From assembly GCA_964599535.1 (NCBI GenBank), contig CAZRFP010000001.1:3558-67557 (forward strand): a stretch of DNA of 64,000 bases, in the 5' to 3' direction. This stretch comes from an uncultured Planctomycetaceae bacterium. Its GTDB lineage: Bacteria > Planctomycetota > Phycisphaerae > UBA1845 > UTPLA1. The translations under genes were made by a program, and so were the position numbers. Positions within the stretch are counted from its first letter, which is position 1, and each line of letters begins with the position of its first letter. This document shows positions 1 through 8,768 of the stretch, piece by piece. Below the pieces are notes generated by a model that did no database searches, was not told the DNA's origin, and saw only the letters and a list, made by a program, of their open reading frames with translations.

Positions 1-735
1 GCAGTGCGCGAAGACCTCATCCAGCCGCACATCGACGGCGAACTGCTGATGTTCCGCGATATCGTGCAATACGTATTCACCGACGACGGTAAGGGCGACG
101 GCCGTCTCATCCCGTCGCAGTACTCGAAAGTAATAGCGCTGGGCATTACGCCCAATGAGTCGTCTTCGATTTTCTCCATGTTCGGCGAAGAAGGCGGCAT
201 GGTCGCGATGGCGGCGCGCCACGCCGGCCGCGTCGAGACGCTGGACAAGTATGAAGAACTGTGGGCCGACATGGAACGATATCGCCGGTTGCCGCTGTAC
301 GATTCGAACCGCAAGAAGGCCGACTCATTGCTGATGAACCTTCAGGAGGGCGAGAACGGCCTGCGCTACGCGCTCGTGCATCAACTGCTGCCGAGCCTGA
401 ACTATGCCGATCAGATCATCCGCGAATGCGCGATGGAAAACGCGGCGACGCGTGTCGCCGTGCTGATCGCGATGCACCATGCCGAGCGCGGCCATTGGCC
501 CAGCGGCTTGAGCGAACTGGACGCGGTTCGACTGGGCGAAGCGCCGGTCGACGTGTACGACGGAACCGCGTTGAAGTACATCTTCGGCGACGACGGTCGG
601 CCGGTAGTTTACAGCATCTATCGAAACATGAAAGACGACAAGGGTTCGGCCGACCTCATCTCGGACGGATCGCGCGGCGACAAGTCGCAGAAGGTGCCCG
701 CGGATCGCGTGTACTTCCCGATGCCGCGCGATTGA
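1..735 (+). CDS. hypothetical protein, 5'-truncated by the window edge
   Basis: The reading frame of ORF 4..735 is open back to base 1, with a TGA stop at 733-735. Composition looks coding. I recognise no motif. Confidence 0.5.
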   Translation, partial: AVREDLIQPHIDGELLMFRDIVQYVFTDDGKGDGRLIPSQYSKVIALGITPNESSSIFSMFGEEGGMVAMAARHAGRVETLDKYEELWADMERYRRLPLYDSNRKKADSLLMNLQEGENGLRYALVHQLLPSLNYADQIIRECAMENAATRVAVLIAMHHAERGHWPSGLSELDAVRLGEAPVDVYDGTALKYIFGDDGRPVVYSIYRNMKDDKGSADLISDGSRGDKSQKVPADRVYFPMPRD

Positions 736-753
736 CACATGATCCGCGGCGAG

Positions 754-801
754 ATCAGAGCCGCGCCCGTCAGGAAGCGGTGGACCGAGCGTCGAGAAAA
801 C
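754..801 (+). repeat. ~48-bp direct repeat box, copy 1 (ATCAGAGCCGCGCCCGTCAGGAAGCGGTGGACCGAGCG...)
   Basis: Near-identical to 1050..1097, sharing the core AAGCGGTGGACCGAGCG. A second shared box, AGTGAAGCT(G)AACGC, occurs at 811-825 and 1172-1185. Confidence 0.7.
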
Positions 802-937
802 GACTCGACAAGTGAAGCTGAACGCGAATAGCGAATGAAGAATGGCGAGTGTAGAGACAGGGGCGGTGCCTCATGCGTCTTCCACACTCAACATTCTTCA
901 TTCTGCATTCCCCCTCACCGCGCAAACAGCGTTGTCG

Positions 938-1038
938 TAGACCGGGACAGACGACTTTGCGGGTCGGGGGAGCATCGGCGTCCCGCTGGTGCGCACGGAT
1001 CGATTCACTACAACCCGAATATCCGGTTGTCTCGACCC
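938..1038 (-). repeat. dispersed ~100-bp intergenic repeat, copy A (inverted relative to copies B and C)
   Basis: The reverse complement aligns along its length with 38495..38591 and 43323..43420. The shared core is GGGTTGNNGTGAWTCGATCCGTKCGCACCRGCGGGACGYCGATGC. Confidence 0.7.
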
Positions 1039-1049
1039 AGAAGATCACC

Positions 1050-1097
1050 ATCAGAGCCACGCCCCTCAAGAAGCGGTGGACCGAGCGGAGAGAAATC
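1050..1097 (+). repeat. ~48-bp direct repeat box, copy 2
   Basis: Matches 754..801 with a few substitutions. Together they bracket dispersed-repeat copy A. Confidence 0.7.
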
Positions 1098-1378
1098 TGT
1101 CCTTATAGTGAATTTGAACACAATCGGGTAAGTGGAAGCATGGGTTGATGTGTCATAGGGGTTTTCGGCGAAGTGAAGCTAACGCCCACCCGCACGATTT
1201 ACGTTGCGGTTGCAAAGCACGGCTTCGCGGTTCGGGCGTGTAGATGATCGCGAAGATATTGACCGTCGCACGAATGATGGACCGTCGCGCGGTGATTCAT
1301 CATCGCACGGAAGTCAATCACGTTGCGGAATGTGAATCAGCCTGTGGAATTCAGATCGCGACGTGGCGTGCGGGTGAA

Positions 1379-3304
1379 TTAACGAGCGGTCTCTTGCAGC
1401 GTAAGAAGCGCCTGGATTGCCGGCTGCATGGCGGGGCTTTGTTCCTTGCCCTGAATGACTTCCCGCAGAATCGCATAGGCCGCATCCTGTTCGGACTTGC
1501 GCTCGTCGGGCTCGCGCGTCAGCGCTGCAAGCAGCAAGTGCGACGCGGCTTGACCGAGATCGGCCTGCCACTTGTAGTCTTTGCCCTGCACGACGACGCC
1601 ATCGACGCGCGACTTGGCGCGGGCCAGTTCCTTTGAAACACCCTCGTAGGATTTGACGGCCTTGGCGGCTTCGGTCTTGGCCTTGTCACGAAGATCGTCG
1701 ATCTTTGCGTCGATGTCGGCGGGCATGTCTCGCCCGACGCGTGCGGCGATGCCGAGTTGGGCGATGTGATGTGATCGTATCCAGTCGAGTTGATCGGCGC
1801 GCGTCATCGCCGCGCTGTGAGCGCATTCGGCGACGATCGTGTCGATCGAAGCTTTCATGTCGGCGTCGTCGATGATCATCTGCAGCCGCTCGCGTTCCGG
1901 TTCCGTAGCGTCGGCTTGTGCCGTGCGGGCTTCGTTGACGCGCGTGGTGGCGGCGGTCGAGGCTTTATTGGCGGCCTGCACGGCCTGCGCGAAGAACTTG
2001 ATGGCGTTTTCAGCGGCCTGGTCGGCGTTGCGATGGTGGTTCTCGGCCTTGGAGAGCAGCTCGTCGATGACGATGAGCTGCTCGTCCGACGCAGTGGATG
2101 CGGCGCGCGCGCGTGATTTCATTTCGTCGCGCATGCGAATCGCATCGGCGCGGCGCTGCTGCAGCGTGGCGAGCAACGCCTCCCGGCCGGCCAGTTGCTC
2201 GCGGCGCAGCTCGAGGAAGTGCGCCAGATCACGAACACCCACGATCTGCCGGCCGTCTTCGTACCGCGTTTCGATCAAGTCTCCGCCGAGCGGCGGCGCG
2301 ATGGTCGTCGCATCGGACAGCGTGCCGTTTCGCATATTGTCGGCGGCGGCCTCCGCGGCGCGAGCGGCGCGCGAGAGGCTGGCGTACTCGCCGTTCTCTT
2401 CATGGATGGGTGCGCCGGACGTTTCGAGTTCGATCATTCGGCGGCGTGCCGCGGCGGCATGCTCTTCCTGTTCGTTGATCATCGCCTGGCCTTCGCTGAC
2501 GGCTTTGGCGATGGCGCCGATTTCGTTGTTGAGTCGGCCGATCTCCTGCTGCTCGCGCTCGATCTGACCTGCGAGTTCGGTGATGGATTCGTCCGGAACG
2601 CGCGCCGCGACCGACCGGGCGTTGCGCTGGAGCGCTGCAACCGAATCGACCAGCTCCTGCGCAGTGTCGCGATATTGCGCCGACTGCCACGCCTCGAATC
2701 CGGCGCGGTTTCGCTCGATCCGGCCCTTCGCGTAGAGCAGAATGGCCTGAACGCGGTTGGCTTCCATGTGCGTCGAAACGTTGGCGCCCCCGGCCGACGC
2801 GCCGGTCAGACGGGCCACGGCCTTGTCGGCCTCTCCGAGCAGTTTCTTGTGCTGCTGGGTGTACTTGTTGTCGACTTCGCCGGGAGCGGCCTTGTACTTG
2901 AGCGGGCCGGACTCGATCGGCTTTTCGGCGGTGCTCAGACCGGCCGCGCGATCGGCGTCATCGGTCTCCTTGAGGGCCCTTGACGAATGGTTCAGGCTGT
3001 CCATCAGGTCCTTGGAGATGATGTCCTGATTCTGGCGGACCAGTTCGTCGATGCGCGACGCGTCCAGCTTGGCGGCGGCGCCGGCGAGCAAGCGGGCGTC
3101 GGCCAGTGCGGCGAGACTCTCATCGAGATTGAAGATGACGCGGCGGACCTCGTCGATCGGATCGGCCACGAGCCTATCGAGCCGTTTGGCGTCGTTACTC
3201 AGTGAGTTGAGATAGAGTGGCGAAGAGATCAGCGCGGCGACGACAACGAAAGCGACGGCGCCTCCGACCATACCGCCGACACCGATGGTGGAATTATGTG
3301 CCAA
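1379..3304 (-). CDS. membrane-anchored coiled-coil protein (hypothetical)
   Basis: 641-aa ORF with a TTG start preceded by GAGGAG 8 nt upstream. The N-terminal hydrophobic helix is GGMVGGAVAFVVVAALISSPLY. The remainder is A/E/R/Q-rich, heptad-like sequence. Confidence 0.7.
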   Translation of the reverse strand: MAHNSTIGVGGMVGGAVAFVVVAALISSPLYLNSLSNDAKRLDRLVADPIDEVRRVIFNLDESLAALADARLLAGAAAKLDASRIDELVRQNQDIISKDLMDSLNHSSRALKETDDADRAAGLSTAEKPIESGPLKYKAAPGEVDNKYTQQHKKLLGEADKAVARLTGASAGGANVSTHMEANRVQAILLYAKGRIERNRAGFEAWQSAQYRDTAQELVDSVAALQRNARSVAARVPDESITELAGQIEREQQEIGRLNNEIGAIAKAVSEGQAMINEQEEHAAAARRRMIELETSGAPIHEENGEYASLSRAARAAEAAADNMRNGTLSDATTIAPPLGGDLIETRYEDGRQIVGVRDLAHFLELRREQLAGREALLATLQQRRADAIRMRDEMKSRARAASTASDEQLIVIDELLSKAENHHRNADQAAENAIKFFAQAVQAANKASTAATTRVNEARTAQADATEPERERLQMIIDDADMKASIDTIVAECAHSAAMTRADQLDWIRSHHIAQLGIAARVGRDMPADIDAKIDDLRDKAKTEAAKAVKSYEGVSKELARAKSRVDGVVVQGKDYKWQADLGQAASHLLLAALTREPDERKSEQDAAYAILREVIQGKEQSPAMQPAIQALLTLQETAR

Positions 3305-3861
3305 GGCAAGGACTCCTCATGATCCGCGCGGATGCGCCGGGCAGGCGGGTGCAATGCTCAGTTCCCCCCAGGAAGGCATGTCCCCAACACGTTGGAATCA
3401 CGTTATTTAACACGGAAAAAGGCCAAATGTCAATCGAACGGGCCGTCGGCGCGGCGAGATGCGCGGCGTTTGGCCACTGATTCTTGGCCCTCAGGGGGTT
3501 ATCGCCCGTTCACGGCCGTTCAAGCGGCGGACGACGTTGCACCGCGGGCGATTCGACGAAAGCCGTACGCTATGATATATCCGTACGCTTCGGCCGCACG
3601 GTCGTCCGATCCGAGTGCGCCGGCGGTCAAGGTGGACACGATACCAGCGAACACCCCAGAGGAACCCTCTGAATGAGCAGTTCGAAAGTCGCAATTCTAC
3701 GTACTTCGCCCGCCACGGTGCTGGCGGATTATCACCGCCTGCTGAACCTGGCCGACTACCAATCGGTCGTCGCGAAGGACGCGGACACGGCGCTCAAGAT
3801 CAACATCATTTGACACTTCTTCTTTCCCGCTAGCAGCACGACGCCCTGGCAGCTTGAGCGC

Positions 3862-4965
3862 GTGATCCGTGCGATGAAGCAGGACGGCTACGATCCGAAC
3901 CTGATCCACGGCTGCCACAACCGCACCGTCGTCATCGACGCCCATCTCGGCGAGCGCGAGAATAAACAGGTCAACGTAACTGATGCCCACGGGCTTCGAA
4001 ACGTGCACCTGTATGAAGGCGAAGAGTGGATCCACGTTCGCGACGCGGTCGGCGAGCTGGCGGACAAGTTCATTTGTCTCAATGAGGTCTATCCCAAGGG
4101 CTTCCACATTCCCAGGCGATTTATCGGCGAGAACATTATCCATCTGCCGACGGTCAAGACGCACATCTTCACCACGACAACCGGCGCGATGAAGAACGCC
4201 TTCGGCGGGCTGCTCAACGAACATCGCCACTGGACGCACCCGGTCATTCACGAGACGCTCGTCGATCTGTTGATGATCCAGAAGAAGATTCATCGCGGCG
4301 TGTTCGCGGTGATGGATGGCACCTTCGCCGGCGACGGCCCCGGTCCGCGCTGCATGATGCCGCACGTGAAGAATGTGATACTCGCGAGTGCCGATCAGGT
4401 GGCGATCGACGCCGTCGCGGCGAAGCTGATGGGCCTCGATCCGATGTCGATCAAGTTCATCAAGATCGCGCATGAGATGGGGCTGGGCTGCGGCGATCCG
4501 CGCAAAATTGAACTGGTCGGCGATCTGGATGCGGCCAACGAAAACTGGAACTTTGTCGGCCCGTTCAAAAAGATGACATTTGCCTCGCGCATGCAGCACA
4601 AGATCTATTGGGGGCCGCTGAAGAAACCGATCGAATGGTCGCTCAAGACGGTGCTCGCGCCGTGGGCCTATATTGCCAGCGTCATCTATCACGACAGCTT
4701 CTGGTACCCGATGAAGGCGAAGAAGATGATGCGAGAGGTACTTAACAGCGAATGGGGCCGGCTGTTCCGCAACTGGGAGCACGTGCAGCCAGACGCCGAG
4801 GGGCGCGGATATCCGAGCGTCGGCGGCGATGGCGCGGAGTTGAAGCGTGTCGGCTTTCAGGCGTTTCTCAAGTCGCTGGGCATTCTGGGTACATGCATCA
4901 CCGAGGCGCCGGAGTTCGCGGCGCGAAAGCGCCGCGCGGCGCAGCGCCCGCGCGAAATGCACTGA
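3862..4965 (+). CDS. DUF362 domain protein; the ORF as called lacks its N-terminus (see finding on the in-frame TGA at 3811-3813)
   Basis: Family-typical segments are IIHLPTVKTHIFTTTTGAMKNAFGG and DGTFAGDGPGPR..ILASADQVAIDAVAAKLMGLDP. The same frame continues upstream to ATG 3673, interrupted only by one TGA. Confidence 0.85.
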   Translation: MIRAMKQDGYDPNLIHGCHNRTVVIDAHLGERENKQVNVTDAHGLRNVHLYEGEEWIHVRDAVGELADKFICLNEVYPKGFHIPRRFIGENIIHLPTVKTHIFTTTTGAMKNAFGGLLNEHRHWTHPVIHETLVDLLMIQKKIHRGVFAVMDGTFAGDGPGPRCMMPHVKNVILASADQVAIDAVAAKLMGLDPMSIKFIKIAHEMGLGCGDPRKIELVGDLDAANENWNFVGPFKKMTFASRMQHKIYWGPLKKPIEWSLKTVLAPWAYIASVIYHDSFWYPMKAKKMMREVLNSEWGRLFRNWEHVQPDAEGRGYPSVGGDGAELKRVGFQAFLKSLGILGTCITEAPEFAARKRRAAQRPREMH

Positions 4966-5001
4966 TGGACGCTTCGGTCGCCAAATCGCCGCAGCGAAAA
5001 C

Positions 5002-6051
5002 TCAACCGCCAATCTGCGACATCTGCCGATTTCCAAAATAGGAATGCACTTCGGGCTTGAAGGCCACGCAGCGCACGAATGCATCGCGCAGCGCGCTGTC
5101 GGCGGTTGTGCCCTGGCCTGCCGCGCGGAGGAGCGGGCGAAGCTCGACTTCGCCGCCATCAAACAGGCAGCTTCGCAACTGACCTTCGGCCGTCAGGCGC
5201 AGTCGATTGCACGTCGAGCAAAACGGTTTGGACATCGCGCTGATGAAGCCGATGCGCCCTTTCGCCCCGGCGATCCGTTGAATCACAGCCGGACCGTGGC
5301 CGGTGTCCGGCGCGTCGGGCGCGAGCGGGCCGAGGCGCGATTCGATGCGCCCGCGGATTTCAGCTTCGCCAATGAACCGCGCTTCGTACTCGCCGCCGAG
5401 CGCCGTTCGACCAAGCGGCATGTATTCGATGAATCGCACGGTGAGATCGTAACGAAGCGTCAGCGAGGCGAAGTCGGCGAACTCGTCGTCATTGATGCCG
5501 CGCATCGCGACGCAATTAATCTTGGGATGGCGAAAGCCGGCGTTGACCGCGGCATGTATCCCGCGCCATACCGCGCGGATGTCCGCGCCACGCGTGATTT
5601 CGCGAAACCGCTTCGCGCTCAGCGTGTCCAGGCTGACCGTGACGCGGTCGAGACCGGCCGCCTTGAGCACCGCCGCGAATTCGGCCAGCAGCGAGCCGTT
5701 GGTCGTCATGGAAACTTCCGGCGCGCCGGGCAGGGTCTTCAGCATGGCGACGAGTCGCGGCAGATCGTGCCGAACAAGCGGCTCGCCGCCGGTCAGCTTG
5801 AAGCCTCGTATGCCGTGGCTCATGGCCGCCCGTGCGACGGTCACGATCTCTTCGAAAGTCAGCAGATCGGCGCGCGGCACCCAGTCGAGTTTGTCCTCGG
5901 GCATGCAATAGACGCATCGAAAATTGCAGCGATCGGTCACGCTGATGCGCAGGGTCTTCACGGCGGAAATTTGCCGCGGACCGGTGATGGACCGTTCGCT
6001 TTCGGGCCGCGTGTCGAGCGCGGGTTCGAGGATGTTCAGTGCAACGCCCAT
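5002..6051 (-). CDS. moaA: GTP 3',8-cyclase (molybdenum cofactor biosynthesis protein A), radical SAM
   Basis: Carries the CNFRCVYC radical-SAM cluster motif within RISVTDRCNFRCVYCMPED. Has a C-terminal CSTCNRLRLTAEG motif. Length is 349 aa. Confidence 0.9.
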   Translation of the reverse strand: MGVALNILEPALDTRPESERSITGPRQISAVKTLRISVTDRCNFRCVYCMPEDKLDWVPRADLLTFEEIVTVARAAMSHGIRGFKLTGGEPLVRHDLPRLVAMLKTLPGAPEVSMTTNGSLLAEFAAVLKAAGLDRVTVSLDTLSAKRFREITRGADIRAVWRGIHAAVNAGFRHPKINCVAMRGINDDEFADFASLTLRYDLTVRFIEYMPLGRTALGGEYEARFIGEAEIRGRIESRLGPLAPDAPDTGHGPAVIQRIAGAKGRIGFISAMSKPFCSTCNRLRLTAEGQLRSCLFDGGEVELRPLLRAAGQGTTADSALRDAFVRCVAFKPEVHSYFGNRQMSQIGG

Positions 6052-6221
6052 TTCGGCCCATCGTACAAGAAAAGAGCCGCGTTCGGTATCGCCGTGGGCC
6101 TAAATGCAAGGCCCGCTAAAATTGACCCGCCGAGCGCGCCGACGGAGAATGGCCCCGCTCAAGCCGGTCGGCGCGCAAATCGCGCCTTTTGGCTCAGGGA
6201 CGGGCATTGAAAGCCGCCGCA

Positions 6222-6887
6222 ATGGATGGAACCTATTCTCACGCACAGCGTCCAATCTCCATGAAGGACGCGGTCCATCTTGCAACGGATGGCGATGTCG
6301 ATACGGACGACGCCGCTCTGATCGACGCCTGTCGCAGAGGCGAGACAGCGGCCTATGGGCGTCTGGTCCGCCGCTATCAGGATCGCGTCTACAACTTGTG
6401 CAGGCGCATGTGTTCCAGCCGCGAGGATGCGGAGGACTTTGCGCAGGAGGCGTTCGTGAGGGCGCTGCAGTCCCTGAATCAGTTCGCCGAGCGGTCGCGA
6501 TTCTACACATGGGTGTATCGCATCGCGGTGAACCTGATCATCAGCGCCCGGCGCAAGGACGGCCATCGGCCGTCGTCGTCGCTCGACGCGCCGACGCGGG
6601 GCGGTGACGGTGAATCTTCGGAAAGCCGAGCCACCGGTCTGCCGTCACGGGAATTGCGGCCTGACGAGGGTGCAGCCGGCAGCGAACGCGACGCGCTCGT
6701 GCTGCACGCCCTGACATTGCTGGAGGAAGATCAGCGCGCGGTGGTCGCGCTGCGGGATATGGAATCACTGAGCTACGAGGAAATCGCCGAGATATTGAAT
6801 GTGCCGACGGGCACGGTGAAATCGCGCCTGCATCGGGCGCGTCTGGCGCTGCGGGATATTCTCGCACCGATGCTGGGGATGGAATGA
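6222..6887 (+). CDS. ECF-type RNA polymerase sigma-70 family factor
   Basis: Region 2 reads YGRLVRRYQDRVYNLCRRM...AEDFAQEAFVRA..FYTWVYRIAVNL. Region 4 reads LSYEEIAEILNVPTGTVKSRLHRAR. The start is uncertain; alternatives are TTG 6189 and ATG 6261. Confidence 0.8.
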   Translation: MDGTYSHAQRPISMKDAVHLATDGDVDTDDAALIDACRRGETAAYGRLVRRYQDRVYNLCRRMCSSREDAEDFAQEAFVRALQSLNQFAERSRFYTWVYRIAVNLIISARRKDGHRPSSSLDAPTRGGDGESSESRATGLPSRELRPDEGAAGSERDALVLHALTLLEEDQRAVVALRDMESLSYEEIAEILNVPTGTVKSRLHRARLALRDILAPMLGME

Positions 6888-6893
6888 GCGGCT

Positions 6894-8768
6894 ATGGCGC
6901 TTGACGCGGACAATTTTGAACGGCTCAGCGCCTATCTCGATGGCGAACTGTCGCCGGCGGAGCGCGCGGAGATCGAGCGCTGGCTCGAACGCGACGCCGA
7001 GGCCCGATCGCTGTTCAACGAACTTCGACAAGTCGCGAGCATCGTTGCCGCGCTGCCGCGCGAGCGCGCCCCGGCCGACATGGCCGATGCCGTCGTCGCG
7101 CGATGCGAGCGCGCGGCGCTGCTCGGCGAGGCCGACTTCCGACCGCGCGGCGCCGCGGCGGCCGCGCGCTGGACGCGGCCGCTGGCACTGGCGGCATCAT
7201 TGCTGGTGGTTGCAACGATCGCCTGGATCGGCGTCCCTTTTTGGCCGGAGATCGAGCGCTCAGTCATGCAGATGGCGGACATGGAATCGGCGTCGGAAAT
7301 GAGACCCGCGGCCGAGTCAAATCGCGGGCCGCTGGCACTGAACGACGCAGCCGGGCGCGATCGCGAATCGGCTGCTGCACCGTCGGATAGCGTCGCCCGC
7401 GATGCGGCGTCGAACAACTTGAAGACTCACAGTGCGGGCCGCGAACACGCGTCGCCAACCTCAACGAAGGATGCCACTCAAGATCGCGACGGGCCAGCGC
7501 CGCCGTCTGTTGCAATGCATGATGAAGCGCGTCGCGATTTCAGTGCCGCAGTGCGTGAACGTCGAAAATTGGGTTTCGATGCTGGACAGCCTTCGCCGGA
7601 AGCGGTTGCCGCGCACGACGCCGGTGCATCGCCCGCGCCCGGCCGATCGGACATGTTGGTCGCCGCACCTGCGCCGACGCGGGCGAACGTTCAGCCATCG
7701 GAAGGCGCGGCCCATGTTGTGGCCTTCGGAAGTTACACAAACCGCGACGTGCAAAGCGCTCCGATCAGCGCGTTCGGCAATCGCGTCGATGTCGCGGTTG
7801 ACGATCCCAAAGTGGTCGAGCAGCTCGACGGGCTGATTCGCGCCAGCATGGAAGCCCAGGCCGTTCCCGACATGGCTTCGGCCGCGGCTGATGAAACGCT
7901 GCCCGCCGACCGCGCCTACTACTTCAGACGCGCCGAATGGCTAAGCGACGAGCATGCGGCGCATTCCGACGATGAACCTCGGCTGCGTGATGCGAAGCTC
8001 GGCTTTGCCGACGCACGCGACGATGCCGATGCGAGCGAAGCAGACGCCGGCGGCGCACGCGCGTATGTGTTGACTCTCCAGCGCAGCCAGGTCGCGCCAT
8101 TGCTGGCGTCGATGCAGACCTATCTCGAATCGCAGAATGTCGCATCGGCATGGACCACGAACGAACAACCCGTCGCACCTGATCGCGCGGCGGTTGAAAC
8201 CGTGAGTCAGCTTGTGGCCGGTCCGCCGATCGTGATGTCGCGCGTCGCGTCGCCAGAGGGGGGAGGGGGGCTTCGTGACGCCGAGCGTGATGCCGTTGAT
8301 GAAAGCAAGATCGCAGTTGGTGCGACGCGCCGCAGGTCGGCGACGGCGTCGGATGATCGGGCGGAGCTTTCGGATGAGGCGAAGTCCGCCGAATCAGCCG
8401 AGGCGGGTCCAACCGGCATTCAAGGCGGCGGACGGCGCGGCACGGCCAAGGAGCGTAGCAAATCGGCACGAGCCGGTTCGAGCGCGTCCGAAAGCGAGTT
8501 TGTCGGTCCTCCCGAGCCGACAGCAACGCGCCGTGCGGGTGACGGAGGCGCGGGCGTCGAGCGGCAACGCGCGATCGAGCGTTCGACTGACGATGCCGAA
8601 TATGTGACACTCGCCGTCCGCCTGCGATCGGATCCATCGCTGCGCGCCCAACGCCGCATCGAGGCCTTCCCCTCTGGGACGCAACCGTCGGGCAAAGCGC
8701 CGCCCACGTCACAGCCTGTCGTTCCGGCGACCACGCAGCCCGCGACTTCGGAGTCTCCCCGTGGCTAA
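6894..8768 (+). CDS. putative anti-sigma factor, single-pass membrane protein with a long low-complexity outer domain
   Basis: Begins 7 nt after the sigma gene. Has an N-terminal anti-sigma-like helix (LSAYLDGELSPAERAEIERWLERD). One TM segment (LALAASLLVVATIAWIGVPFW) is followed by about 500 aa of A/D/R/S-rich sequence. Confidence 0.6.
   Translation: MALDADNFERLSAYLDGELSPAERAEIERWLERDAEARSLFNELRQVASIVAALPRERAPADMADAVVARCERAALLGEADFRPRGAAAAARWTRPLALAASLLVVATIAWIGVPFWPEIERSVMQMADMESASEMRPAAESNRGPLALNDAAGRDRESAAAPSDSVARDAASNNLKTHSAGREHASPTSTKDATQDRDGPAPPSVAMHDEARRDFSAAVRERRKLGFDAGQPSPEAVAAHDAGASPAPGRSDMLVAAPAPTRANVQPSEGAAHVVAFGSYTNRDVQSAPISAFGNRVDVAVDDPKVVEQLDGLIRASMEAQAVPDMASAAADETLPADRAYYFRRAEWLSDEHAAHSDDEPRLRDAKLGFADARDDADASEADAGGARAYVLTLQRSQVAPLLASMQTYLESQNVASAWTTNEQPVAPDRAAVETVSQLVAGPPIVMSRVASPEGGGGLRDAERDAVDESKIAVGATRRRSATASDDRAELSDEAKSAESAEAGPTGIQGGGRRGTAKERSKSARAGSSASESEFVGPPEPTATRRAGDGGAGVERQRAIERSTDDAEYVTLAVRLRSDPSLRAQRRIEAFPSGTQPSGKAPPTSQPVVPATTQPATSESPRG

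Noticed and set aside
3811-3813. Selenocysteine or TGA=Trp recoding in the DUF362 gene
   Set aside because: Other genes in the window terminate at TGA (e.g. rsgA, the 264-aa methyltransferase and the first ORF). I could not find a convincing SECIS-type hairpin within about 40 nt downstream. A nonsense mutation or sequencing error is the simpler explanation, but it needs read-level checking.
6052-6188. Moco riboswitch upstream of moaA
   Set aside because: The ~135-nt leader is shared with the divergent sigma-factor gene. I could not recognise the conserved Moco-motif stems or loops by eye. A cmscan search would be needed to settle this.
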